Positions 1 through 9,381 of a stretch of DNA of 46,841 nt are shown here, piece by piece. The DNA lies in contig JBFWVI010000024.1 in assembly GCA_050246815.1 (NCBI GenBank), forward strand, positions 1 through 46,841. The letters are read 5' to 3'. A program made the position numbers and the translations under genes. The notes under the pieces are model-generated. The model was not told the origin of the DNA and made no database searches. It saw only the letters and a list, made by a program, of their open reading frames with translations. The DNA is from Bdellovibrionales bacterium (lineage in GTDB: Bacteria; Bdellovibrionota; Bdellovibrionia; Bdellovibrionales; UBA1609). Every line of letters begins with the position of its first letter. Positions within the stretch are counted from its first letter, which is position 1.

Positions 1-261
1 GTTGGCGCCAATATCCACCGTGCCGTGGGTTGCGCCGAGTGCAATCAAAAGGGCTACATCGGCCGCTCGGTGATCCAAGAATTGATGCTGGTCAACGACG
101 ACGTCCGCAGCTTGATCATGCAGCGCAAGGATGGTGGCACAATTAAAAGAGAAGCCATTCGCCACGGCATGGTCACATTGCGTGAGCATGGTATTCAAAA
201 AGTTTTAACTGGCATCACCACCATTGAAGAAGTGCTCGCCAATACGCAAATGGATATCTAG
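1..261 (+). CDS. gspE: Type II secretion ATPase GspE, C-terminal fragment (5' end outside window)
   Basis: Open in frame from base 1; GCxxC...GYxGR...ELM...TT.EEV C-terminal motif of GspE/PilB; directly upstream of gspF. Confidence 0.9.
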   Translation, partial: VGANIHRAVGCAECNQKGYIGRSVIQELMLVNDDVRSLIMQRKDGGTIKREAIRHGMVTLREHGIQKVLTGITTIEEVLANTQMDI

Positions 262-263
262 CC

Positions 264-1487
264 ATGGCGATGTTTGAATACCGAGGATTGAATCAAAACG
301 GACGAAATGTCCGCGGCACGGTTGAAGCCGACAATTCAAAGACAGCACGCATGCGTCTTAAAAAAGACGGCATCTTCGTGATGGACCTAAAAGACAAATC
401 CAAAAGCTCCAAAAAGGCCAAGCATGCTCGAGGTGGTGTGGCCACTAGATCCGTTAGCGTGCAAGACCTTGCCAACATGACACGGCAATTGGCAAGCCTA
501 CTCAAGGCCAACATTCCGCTGGTTGACTGCCTAGCTGCCGTTTCGGAACAAATTGAAAACCGCACTCTCTCTGAAGTTATGGCCGACCTGAAAAGCCAGG
601 TGAATGAAGGTGGCTCCTTTCATCGCGGCCTGGCCAAATACCCCAAGGTTTTCGACAACATTTACATTTCGATGGCCGAAGCCGGTGAGATGTCAGGCAC
701 TTTAGATGTGATTTTGCTCCGCTTGGCTGAATTCACCGAATCCGCCGCCGCCTTAAGCACCAAGGTTCGATCCGCCATGATTTATCCCATTGTGATGATG
801 TCTTTCACCTTAATTCTGCTGGGCGTCTTAAGCGTTTTTGTGATCCCTAAAATCGTTACGGTGTTTGAATCCTTCCCTGAAATTCAGCTGCCTTGGTACA
901 CCACGGCGGTGATCGGGTTCAGTGAATTTTTGGTGAACTACTGGCATGTGATTTTGGTGGGCATCATTATTTCGGTTTTATTGTTTCGCAGCTGGAAGGC
1001 CACCCCTGCCGGCAAAGCCCAGTGGGACGCGATCTATTTGAAAATGCCGATCTTCGGAAAGTTGGGGCGTATGGTGGCAGTGTCACGCTTCACCCGCACC
1101 TTGGCCACACTGCTGACCGGGGGCGTGCCCATGCTGACAGCCATGGGAATCGTGCGCAACGTGGTCGACAACGAAGTTTTGGGCGAATCGATTGATTTGG
1201 CCCGCGAAAATATTAGCGAAGGCGAATCCATCGCCGGCCCTTTAAAAAAATCGGGCCAATTCCCCCCGCTGGTGATTCATATGATCAGCATCGGTGAAAA
1301 AACTGGGGAACTGGAAAACATGTTGATTCAGGTGTCAGAAGCTTACGATTTTCAGGTCAAAAGCGCAGTGGATGGCATTACCTCTTTGATGGAGCCCGTC
1401 ATGATTATTGTGATGGGTTGCGTTATTGCCTTTATCGTTTTCGCGATCATGATCCCGATATTTGAATTGTCGAACATCGGAGGGTAA
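264..1487 (+). CDS. gspF: Type II secretion inner-membrane platform protein GspF
   Basis: TRQLASLLKANIPL, AGEMSGTLD, SAMIYP, GEKTGELE, SLMEP motifs; three TM segments. Confidence 0.96.
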   Translation: MAMFEYRGLNQNGRNVRGTVEADNSKTARMRLKKDGIFVMDLKDKSKSSKKAKHARGGVATRSVSVQDLANMTRQLASLLKANIPLVDCLAAVSEQIENRTLSEVMADLKSQVNEGGSFHRGLAKYPKVFDNIYISMAEAGEMSGTLDVILLRLAEFTESAAALSTKVRSAMIYPIVMMSFTLILLGVLSVFVIPKIVTVFESFPEIQLPWYTTAVIGFSEFLVNYWHVILVGIIISVLLFRSWKATPAGKAQWDAIYLKMPIFGKLGRMVAVSRFTRTLATLLTGGVPMLTAMGIVRNVVDNEVLGESIDLARENISEGESIAGPLKKSGQFPPLVIHMISIGEKTGELENMLIQVSEAYDFQVKSAVDGITSLMEPVMIIVMGCVIAFIVFAIMIPIFELSNIGG

Positions 1488-1525
1488 GATCGTCTCTGGT
1501 CAAATTTAGCATTTTTGGAGGCCTA

Positions 1526-1936
1526 ATGTTGCGCAACCGTCGCGGTATGACTTTGTTGGAAATCATGATTGTCTTGGCCATCTTGGCCAGCCTGATCGGA
1601 GTGTTGGCATCTCAGATCAACTCACGCATGAAAAAAGCCAAAATCAATCAAGCAAAAATTCAAATTGGTGAATTGGGAAAGGCTTTGGACATGTACTACA
1701 CCGATTGCAATGCCTACCCCACTGGGGCCGATGGCCTGCAAGCCTTGGTCACTCAGCCCTCCAGCTGCCCTCAATGGGGTCCTGACTCTTACGTTAAAAA
1801 AATGCCGAAGGATCCTTGGGGCTCTGATTTCATTTATGAATCTCAAGGTAACACCTACACTTTGATCTCCCTCGGCGCCGACAAAAAGGAAGGCGGCTCG
1901 GGAGAAAATGCAGACATCTCAAGCCAAGACCTTTAA
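1526..1936 (+). CDS. gspG: Major pseudopilin GspG
   Basis: Prepilin site RG|MTLLE; ALDMYY..C..YP..GL.AL and KDPWG motifs; GGAGG RBS. Confidence 0.95.
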   Translation: MLRNRRGMTLLEIMIVLAILASLIGVLASQINSRMKKAKINQAKIQIGELGKALDMYYTDCNAYPTGADGLQALVTQPSSCPQWGPDSYVKKMPKDPWGSDFIYESQGNTYTLISLGADKKEGGSGENADISSQDL

Positions 1937-2540
1937 ACGAGGGTTCACCCTTCTTGAACTGATGATCGTGATGGGCATCGCCGCCGCCCTGGTGGCACTG
2001 GCGTTGCCCCGCCTGAGCGGACAGAACAATCAAATGCGTCAGGCGATCCGCAAGCTTTCAAGCATTACTCGCGAATTGCAAACCACAGCCAAGCTCCAAG
2101 GCGCGGTCTATCGTCTTGTGATCGACATGGACTCAGGTATCAAAAGCGAAGAGCAAAAATACTGGGTAGAAAAAGCCACGGCTAAAACAGTCCTGACCCC
2201 CGATGAAATGAAGGCCCACGAAATCGTCCGACAAGATGCACGTCAAGACTCCAGTGAGGCTCAAGCACCCCCGCTCTTCGCACCAGATGATCGTATGGTC
2301 AAAGGCAAGGGTGAACTCCCCGGGGATCTAGTTTTTGAAGACGTTGAGCTTAAGCGAAGCGAAAACCCAATCAACACAGGCAAGGCCTATATTCATTTTT
2401 TCCCGCAAGGGCTGGCCGACGAAGCGGTTATTCACCTTCGGGCCAATGAAAAAATGCGTTGGACGCTTTCAGTCCATCCGCTGACAGGCAAAACGGATGT
2501 GGCCACTGAGTATGTCACGCTGAAAGAACTGAAAGAATGA
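1908..2540 (+). CDS. gspH: Minor pseudopilin GspH-like
   Basis: RG|FTLLELMIV prepilin motif; IHFFPQG motif; position after gspG. Confidence 0.8.
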   Translation: MQTSQAKTFKRGFTLLELMIVMGIAAALVALALPRLSGQNNQMRQAIRKLSSITRELQTTAKLQGAVYRLVIDMDSGIKSEEQKYWVEKATAKTVLTPDEMKAHEIVRQDARQDSSEAQAPPLFAPDDRMVKGKGELPGDLVFEDVELKRSENPINTGKAYIHFFPQGLADEAVIHLRANEKMRWTLSVHPLTGKTDVATEYVTLKELKE

Positions 2541-3085
2541 GAAAGCGTGGTTTCACCTTACTTGAAGTCTTGGTTGCGGTGGCCATTTTGGTGGGCGGAA
2601 TTATCGTTGTCGCCAGCGCCTGGTCAGGCAACTTTTTGCGCATTCGCAAAGCCACACTTTACAATAACGTTGCTCTATTGCTGGAAAGAAAAACCAACGA
2701 ATTGGTGGCCGAATATCGCGACCGCCCGCTTTCGGAGGTCCTCGACAAAGACGGTGATTTTGGTTCGGATCTAGCCGCCTACCGCTGGACCTTCACCACC
2801 CGCGAATTTGTTATGCCGGATTTGACTTCGCTTTTGGTCGGCAAAGACGAAGGAAACAAAGAAGAGATGTTTTTAAGTTTTATCAAACAAACCCAGGAGT
2901 TCATTTCAAAGTCGATCAAAGAAGGCACCGTCACAATCTACGTCAAGTCAGGAAAAAAAGAGGTGCCTTTCTCAGTGACCACCTATTTTGTTGATTACAC
3001 ACAAGAGCTCTCTTTGCCCGGGTTACCCGGTGGCGGAGGGACGGCCCCAGTGGGTGGCGGCTCTTCGACCGGAGGTAAAAAGTGA
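2537..3085 (+). CDS. gspI: Minor pseudopilin GspI-like
   Basis: RG|FTLLEVLVAVAI; ATGA coupling to the upstream gene; operon order. Confidence 0.8.
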   Translation: MRKRGFTLLEVLVAVAILVGGIIVVASAWSGNFLRIRKATLYNNVALLLERKTNELVAEYRDRPLSEVLDKDGDFGSDLAAYRWTFTTREFVMPDLTSLLVGKDEGNKEEMFLSFIKQTQEFISKSIKEGTVTIYVKSGKKEVPFSVTTYFVDYTQELSLPGLPGGGGTAPVGGGSSTGGKK

Positions 3086-4020
3086 ACCTTCGCCTCCTCA
3101 GCCGCGGTTTCACACTGCTTGAAATCCTGATTGCCATGGCCATTTTGGCGTTCGTGACGATTTTCACCGCCCAATCTATTTCGACCGCCCTTCGTAACCG
3201 CACCAAAATTCAAGGAGAAATCGATCGCGTTGGCACCGTACGCGACGCGCTCAAGGTGATGGAAAATGACATCAACAAAGCTTTCCACCACAACGACATC
3301 AATATTGCGCTCTACAACGCAGCCGCCAAAGAACGAAACCGCAAAATCGAAGAGGCCAAAAAAGGCGGCAGTGGCGCGATGACAACGGGCTCCCCCGCCG
3401 GCGGAGGTACGACCACCACAACCGGTGGTGTCACCACTCCCACGCAAAACCCCTATGCATTGATGGAGCCCCTTAAATTAAAAGAAGAAAAAATTTTGAC
3501 CCAGTTTATGGGCGAAGCCGAAAAATTAGATTTCACCTCACTTTCCAACGCCCGCATCTCAAGCGAAGAACGCTCCAGCGACCAGGCCGAGATCGGTTAT
3601 TTTTTGAAAGACTGCAAAAGTCGACGCGACCGTAAAAAAAGCAGTCGCTGCCTTTATCGCCGGGTTTCGACCATCATTGATGACGACGTCACCACTGGTG
3701 GCGACGAAACCGCCTTGATTGAGAACGTGCAAAAACTGGAATTTCGTTATCTAGGCCCCCCCTCCCCGCCAGAGTGGATCAATTTGTGGTTAACCAATGA
3801 CCGCGGTGACGATCGCACTAAAAACGTGTTTCCATATGCGGTGGAGGTGACTTTGGAGGTCCACGACGTGGAAAACAAAACAGCAAAACCCGTGCGCATG
3901 ACGATGGTGGCCGGAATCCGAAACCCCAATAACAAAGACAAAAATGCCGAGGCCGAAGCGCAAAGCGCCGCCGCCGCGGGTATGCCAAGCGGCCCCGGTT
4001 CTGCAAGGACAGGCCAGTGA
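3082..4020 (+). CDS. gspJ: Minor pseudopilin GspJ-like
   Basis: RG|FTLLEILIAMAI; LYRR..., P.AVEVTLE C-terminal motif; operon order. Confidence 0.82.
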   Translation: MNLRLLSRGFTLLEILIAMAILAFVTIFTAQSISTALRNRTKIQGEIDRVGTVRDALKVMENDINKAFHHNDINIALYNAAAKERNRKIEEAKKGGSGAMTTGSPAGGGTTTTTGGVTTPTQNPYALMEPLKLKEEKILTQFMGEAEKLDFTSLSNARISSEERSSDQAEIGYFLKDCKSRRDRKKSSRCLYRRVSTIIDDDVTTGGDETALIENVQKLEFRYLGPPSPPEWINLWLTNDRGDDRTKNVFPYAVEVTLEVHDVENKTAKPVRMTMVAGIRNPNNKDKNAEAEAQSAAAAGMPSGPGSARTGQ

Positions 4021-5282
4021 TCAAAAACCGCATGCCTAGCCCCTTTCGAATTCTACGCCAGCGCCGAGGCGTAGCCATTTTGGTGGCCTTGTTTGCCATC
4101 ATGCTGCTGATCTTTGTCGCAACAGAAGTTTCTTACGACACATCCGTCGAATATATCGTGGCTCGCCAACAGGTGAATCGGCTCAAGGCGTACTATGCTG
4201 CACGCGCCGGAACTGAAATCAGCCTGCTCAGAATTTTAATCTACAAAAAAGCCGTGGCCGCTGTGACCAGTTCTTTGGGTGACAATGCCAAACAGCAGAT
4301 GGCGATGTTGGATCCGGTTTGGCAGATGCCCTTCACGTGGCCCCCAGTTCTGCCCGACACTGTGACAGGAGTGGATCGCAGCAATATTGAAGATATCGTC
4401 AAAGAATCCACTTTGGATGCCCAGTACTTGGCCACCATTGAAAGCGAAGGCGGCAAAATTGACATCAATGACCTGGGCTCCATTTCAAAACCCTTAAGGG
4501 AAGCCACCAAGGCTCAAATTCTTAAAATTTTCATTTCTGAAACCGATAACAACGACGACTTTCGCCAAAAATACCGCGATTTTCGCTTTGAAGAGCTGGT
4601 CAACAACATGATCGACTGGGTCGACGACGACAGCGAAAGCTTAAACGGCGGCGGCGAACGCGACAAATACGACGTGCGGAGTGACTTTATCCCACCCAAT
4701 GCGCCCTTTAAAACTTTCAAAGAACTCAACATGGTCGCCATGATGAATGAAGACTTTTACAACCTCCTGATCAACCGCGTGACCATCTTTGGTACCAAAG
4801 GGATTAACGTCAACTATGCCCCACGCGAAGTTTTAGCCGCCTTAGACCCCTCGATGCGCGAAGACGCCCTCAATGCCATACTGAAACGGCGTTCGGACCC
4901 CAATGAAGGCGGGCCATTTCAAAACGAAGAAGACTTTTTCACCTTTGCCAGTCGCCAAAACGTCAACACACAAGCGATTCAAAAATCCGGGGTGCCCCTG
5001 CTTTTCGGCACTGAGTATAACTTCCGCATCCGCAGCACCGGTCGCTACAGCAACGTCAATCGTGAGATCACCAGTATTACTTTTGATCTGGAAAACCTAC
5101 GCGACCGTTATTTAGGCCTTTTGGACAAAGAGGCTGAAAATAAAAACAACAACGGTGGGGCAAGTTCCGCAACCGGCAACACGGGAGCAGTAACCACCCC
5201 CAGCGGCCCGGCCGCTGCTGAAAAACCAAAAATTGTCGCTCCCAAAGGTCGACCAACTGTGGTGTACTGGGATGAGACTTGA
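4017..5282 (+). CDS. gspK: Minor pseudopilin GspK
   Basis: RRG|VAILVAL (no E5), EGGKIDIN, IDWVDDD, PPNAPF..EL, INVNYAP motifs. Confidence 0.93.
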   Translation: MIKNRMPSPFRILRQRRGVAILVALFAIMLLIFVATEVSYDTSVEYIVARQQVNRLKAYYAARAGTEISLLRILIYKKAVAAVTSSLGDNAKQQMAMLDPVWQMPFTWPPVLPDTVTGVDRSNIEDIVKESTLDAQYLATIESEGGKIDINDLGSISKPLREATKAQILKIFISETDNNDDFRQKYRDFRFEELVNNMIDWVDDDSESLNGGGERDKYDVRSDFIPPNAPFKTFKELNMVAMMNEDFYNLLINRVTIFGTKGINVNYAPREVLAALDPSMREDALNAILKRRSDPNEGGPFQNEEDFFTFASRQNVNTQAIQKSGVPLLFGTEYNFRIRSTGRYSNVNREITSITFDLENLRDRYLGLLDKEAENKNNNGGASSATGNTGAVTTPSGPAAAEKPKIVAPKGRPTVVYWDET

Positions 5283-5297
5283 TAGCATATACGTAAC

Positions 5298-5317
5298 GCC
5301 AGGACATAGGTCCTGGC
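5298..5317. repeat. 8-bp perfect hairpin in the gspK-gspL intergenic gap
   Basis: GCCAGGAC-ATAG-GTCCTGGC; no U-tract. Confidence 0.6.
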
Positions 5318-5342
5318 TTCGCAAACCACGGATGGGGCAGCG

Positions 5343-6986
5343 ATGATTAGCGTCGGAATTGACATAGGTGGAGCCAGCGTCAAACTTGCCGAAGTGCAAG
5401 CCGCATCAAAATCCTACAGCGTCACTCGATTTCAAGAATTTCCGCTTTCCAATGACCCGAATAAAGATAAAAAAATCGAGATTCTGGACATCTTAAGACA
5501 AATTGCAGCCGCCTACGATCCAGACAATACCAAGTTTGTCCTGGCCTTGCCGCAACAACACGTGGCTTTGCGCTACCGACACTTCCCCTTTAAAGAGCGA
5601 TTCAAAATTTTGCGTAGCATCGCCTTCGAGCTTGAAGATGATATCCCTTTTTCGCAAGAAGACGCTATCTTCGACGCCAAGATCACCCGCTATATTGAAA
5701 ATTCGGCCGATGTGATCGCGACAGCATGCCCCAAGGTGTACATCAAAGAACTGGTCAGTTTGGTTCGTGAAGCTGGCATCGAACCTGAAATTTTGACGAT
5801 TGAGGGCTTAGCGCTCAGCAATTTACTTGAGGATTGGCAATCCCCTCCGCCGCAACAAGCCGCCTTGGCTGCAACCCCAGAAGCCCGCCCCGCTGAAATG
5901 ATTTTGGACATCGGACACTTGCGCTCGACTCTGGTGATCCATTCTGAGGGAAGCCTGATCACCACCCGCAACATCGACTGGGGCGGCAAAAACATCGCCG
6001 ACGCTGTCGCCCAAAAGTACGGCCTACATTATCTGGAGGCCTTAAAAGAAATGCAGAAGAAGGCCTTCTTACTGCTGACGCCAGAAGGCGCAACCCGCGA
6101 TCAGGTGGTATTTTCAGACGTGATTAAGCAGGGCCTTGAGCCCTTGGCACAAGAGGTAAAATTCACTCTGCTTGAAACCTTAACCTCGCGCAATTTACGA
6201 ATCACCAACACCCATTTGTGCGGGGGCACCAGCCAAATCAAAAATTTGGGCCCCTATCTGACCCAAAAATGGGAAGTGCCGGTCAATCGCTTTAAACATT
6301 TTGCCCAGTACCCCACGATTAATATCGACAACACCACGACCAATGAAGCCCTTTCCGCTACGGCGATCGGTATTGCGATTGAAGGCCTCAAACGCCCTCG
6401 CAACCCAGCAACAGATATGCTCAAAGGCGAATTTGCGCAACAAGCAGAGACCATGAAAGTTTTCATGGAGCGCTGGGGGTACACAGCCAAACTATTAGGC
6501 GCAGCATTTTGCTGCCTTTTGGTCTACGGCTTTCTGCGTGAAAGCTTCGCCGTTGATATGGCAGCGCAAGCACTCGATGTCTTGAAAAGCCAGGCCGCCG
6601 CAATCGCCGACTTGAAAGGCCGCCAAGCCTCTCCGCGCAATGTTCGCCAATTCGTTAAACGCAAAAAAGAAGAGCTGAACGCCCGCAAGCTGGCGGTGCA
6701 AGTGCGCGAGCTCAATTCAGTCTTGAATGTTTTGGCGCAGGTCCACCAGGTGGCGCCTGGACCAAAACAAATGATGGTGGAGCTTCGAAAAGTCAGTATA
6801 GAAAATGAGCTCATGGAACTGCATGGAGAAGTCGCAGAGACTGGCTCCATCGCCAAATTCAGACAGGCCCTTGAAAATGTGGCGGCCGATGGCCGCATTG
6901 AAACCGTGTCGCCTGCGATCAACGCCAGCGCAGGCAAACATGCTTTCGGATTCCGCCTAAAAGTCGATCGCAGGCGCGGAGGGTAG
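5343..6986 (+). CDS. gspL: GspL (PilM-like actin-fold cytoplasmic domain + TM + periplasmic domain)
   Basis: VGIDIGGASVK, ILDIGH, LCGGTSQIKNL motifs; FELEDDIPF; one TM near residue 385; position after gspK. Confidence 0.85.
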   Translation: MISVGIDIGGASVKLAEVQAASKSYSVTRFQEFPLSNDPNKDKKIEILDILRQIAAAYDPDNTKFVLALPQQHVALRYRHFPFKERFKILRSIAFELEDDIPFSQEDAIFDAKITRYIENSADVIATACPKVYIKELVSLVREAGIEPEILTIEGLALSNLLEDWQSPPPQQAALAATPEARPAEMILDIGHLRSTLVIHSEGSLITTRNIDWGGKNIADAVAQKYGLHYLEALKEMQKKAFLLLTPEGATRDQVVFSDVIKQGLEPLAQEVKFTLLETLTSRNLRITNTHLCGGTSQIKNLGPYLTQKWEVPVNRFKHFAQYPTINIDNTTTNEALSATAIGIAIEGLKRPRNPATDMLKGEFAQQAETMKVFMERWGYTAKLLGAAFCCLLVYGFLRESFAVDMAAQALDVLKSQAAAIADLKGRQASPRNVRQFVKRKKEELNARKLAVQVRELNSVLNVLAQVHQVAPGPKQMMVELRKVSIENELMELHGEVAETGSIAKFRQALENVAADGRIETVSPAINASAGKHAFGFRLKVDRRRGG

Positions 6987-6988
6987 AA

Positions 6989-7633
6989 ATGAACTTAGAC
7001 GACATCAAGGATCAACTCCGTGACCAGCTGAATGCCCTGTGGGGCCGAATCCAAGAATCCACAGCCTTTAACACTTTAAAAGAACAATATGACTCTTGGC
7101 CGACAATCGCCCAAAGGACTGTGGCCTTTAGCGCTGGATTTGTGGGTCTTTTGATTGTCTTAAGCATCCCTTTTTCGTACATTGGCGCCGCCAACACCTC
7201 GATTGAAGAGTTCAACGAATACCGCGGCTTACTCCGTGATCTTTTGCGCGTTGGCCGCTCGGCTAAGGATGATCCACCCCTGCCCCCTGGCCTTAGCGCC
7301 GCAGACTTACAAAACCAAGTTCAAGGCATGATGGGTGAATTCGCGCTTTTGCCCGAACAAGTTGGCCCAATTCGCCCACTTGAAGACCGTCCAGCCGCTT
7401 CGTTAGCCCAGCCCGTCATCCAACAAAACGGCATCGCCGTTGCACTTAAAAAACTCAATCTCAATCAAATTTTGGATATTGGCTTTCGCCTGCAAAATAT
7501 CAGCGGCGGCACCAAACTGACCGGAATTGAGATCTTGGCCAACCGCGAAGACAATCATTATTACGATGTGACTTATAAAGTGGTGAATTTCTCTTTGCCC
7601 CTTAGTGCTGGCGGAGAAGACAATGATCGGTAA
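6989..7633 (+). CDS. gspM: GspM-like assembly platform protein
   Basis: Single N-proximal TM, periplasmic ferredoxin-like pattern, between gspL and gspN. Confidence 0.7.
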   Translation: MNLDDIKDQLRDQLNALWGRIQESTAFNTLKEQYDSWPTIAQRTVAFSAGFVGLLIVLSIPFSYIGAANTSIEEFNEYRGLLRDLLRVGRSAKDDPPLPPGLSAADLQNQVQGMMGEFALLPEQVGPIRPLEDRPAASLAQPVIQQNGIAVALKKLNLNQILDIGFRLQNISGGTKLTGIEILANREDNHYYDVTYKVVNFSLPLSAGGEDNDR

Positions 7634-8600
7634 GGCGATTCAGTTTTTCATCGACATTTTTCGACTTCACAAACTTAAAATCGTTTGCGTGATTCTTTCG
7701 GCATTGTTGTTTGCTTTGGTGCTGTTCCCTTATGACGATTTGTCGGAAGTGGTTTCCACCGTCGTCAGCGAACGCACCAACAACCAAATTTTTTTGCAAT
7801 TTGACCGCCTGGGCTTTCAGATTTTCCCCCTGCCCGCGCTGGCCGTGGAAAACGTTGTCGTGGAATCCAGTTTTATGCCTTCACTGCAAGCCGGACACTT
7901 GTCTTTAGCTCCTTCGATCACCGGATTTTTGTCGTTTCGCCCCGGATTCAATGCTGGCATCAGCGACGTGTGGAATGGCGACATCGACGTCGAACTGAAA
8001 GCCGGCAAAAAAAATGAGCAAGGCATTACCCAACAGTTGGTGCGTCTTGAAGTCGACAAAATCGACCTGGCCAAAGCCAATGAATCCCTGGATTTGCCGC
8101 TGAAATTACAGGGCAAACTCTCTGGAGATTCAAACCTCACCCTTGACCCAAGCTTTGCGAATCAGCCAGAAGGTGACATTGAAATTCAGGTCAAAGAGCT
8201 ACGTTTCCCTTCAGGCACTATCCCAACCCAAATGGGCCCCGTGATGCTGCCGGGGATGAATTGGAGCAACATCCAACTCAAAGGCCGAATGAATGGTGGT
8301 AAACTGCAAATCGAGCAGGCTCAATTGGGATCGGCCAGCGATCTTCTCAATGGCACCGTTAAAGGTGAAATTGATATGCGTTTGGAGCCTCGCGGCGCGG
8401 GCCAGGCTGGAGTCAGCTGGGGCCCCTATCAATTGACAGTGGACCTTAACGTCAATAGCAAATTAGACAAGGATTTGGGTCTATTTTTGGGGCTGCTGGG
8501 CAATTTTAAGAGTGCCACAAGCACGGGCTCCAAATACAAGTTCAAAGTAAGCGGCCAACGCTTTGGCGCACCGCCATCTTTATCCCCCGCTAACATTTAA
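7623..8600 (+). CDS. gspN: Type II secretion protein GspN (start moved to ATG 7623)
   Basis: N-terminal TM ending LFPYDDL; beta-rich body; last gene of the operon. Confidence 0.75.
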   Translation: MIGKAIQFFIDIFRLHKLKIVCVILSALLFALVLFPYDDLSEVVSTVVSERTNNQIFLQFDRLGFQIFPLPALAVENVVVESSFMPSLQAGHLSLAPSITGFLSFRPGFNAGISDVWNGDIDVELKAGKKNEQGITQQLVRLEVDKIDLAKANESLDLPLKLQGKLSGDSNLTLDPSFANQPEGDIEIQVKELRFPSGTIPTQMGPVMLPGMNWSNIQLKGRMNGGKLQIEQAQLGSASDLLNGTVKGEIDMRLEPRGAGQAGVSWGPYQLTVDLNVNSKLDKDLGLFLGLLGNFKSATSTGSKYKFKVSGQRFGAPPSLSPANI

Positions 8601-8715
8601 GCCGCATCGCAGCCTGAAGCCTGAAAAATACTTAAAACTTTAGTTGGCCCCATGAAAACCTTAGTGGATAACCGATCTTTACGTTGATTGATTTCTCACT
8701 TCTAGAGGGGGTTAT

Positions 8716-9150
8716 ATGGCTGGAATTAACAAAGTCATTTTGGTTGGGCGCCTGGGAACTGATCCAGAAGTTAAAACTGTGAGTGGTGGCAACACCGTGG
8801 CGCGTTTAAGTTTAGCCACCAGCGAAACTTGGAATGACAAAAACGGCCAAAAACAAGAACGCACCGAATGGCATCGTGTCGTGGTTTGGGGCAAACTCGC
8901 TGAACTATGCGGTCGCTACTTGAGCAAAGGCCGCCAGGTGTACATTGAAGGGCGCATTCAAACTCGCCAATGGGAAGACCAACAAGGTCAAAAGCGCTAC
9001 ACCACTGAAGTTGTAGCGCAAACCGTGCAGTTCTTGGGCGCAGGCCAGGCTTCCGCAGGAGCCAACCAGCAGCAGCACGACAGCGAGCTTCCGGCCCAAG
9101 ATTTCGGCCCCGAGCCGTCATTTGATGCGGCCGAAGAAATCCCCTTCTAA
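8716..9150 (+). CDS. ssb: Single-stranded DNA-binding protein
   Basis: [25 protein letters not shown]-terminal EEIPF tail. Confidence 0.98.
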   Translation: MAGINKVILVGRLGTDPEVKTVSGGNTVARLSLATSETWNDKNGQKQERTEWHRVVVWGKLAELCGRYLSKGRQVYIEGRIQTRQWEDQQGQKRYTTEVVAQTVQFLGAGQASAGANQQQHDSELPAQDFGPEPSFDAAEEIPF

Positions 9151-9199
9151 GCTCCGCAAACACGTCATTCACGATTGAGCGTCACGCGTGTGTGTGACC

Positions 9200-9258
9200 G
9201 ACCAGCCACTCCAGTGGCTGGTCCCCGCAACAAACTCCAGCCACTGGAGCGGCTGGTC
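9200..9258. repeat. Inverted pair of palindromic REP-like units
   Basis: GACCAGCCAC-TCCA-GTGGCTGGTC (9200-9223) and its reverse-complement copy with 1 mismatch, CCAGCCACTGGAGCGGCTGGTC (9237-9258). Confidence 0.75.
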
Positions 9259-9381
9259 TTCGTCTAGTAACTCGACTAAGGCCCAAAACCTTCTTTTTGG
9301 ACCTCACTTAAATCCCTTTTTTTTGCGTTAACATGTCGGATTTATTAACATTGAAGCAACTAGTTAAAGAGGTCGACATCT

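Noticed and set aside
8660..8682. Sigma-28-like motif upstream of ssb (TGAA-N14-ACCGATCT)
   Set aside because: Too many mismatches in both elements to support
9181..9290. CRISPR mini-array
   Set aside because: Only two units, inverted rather than direct, 13-nt linker, no cas genes
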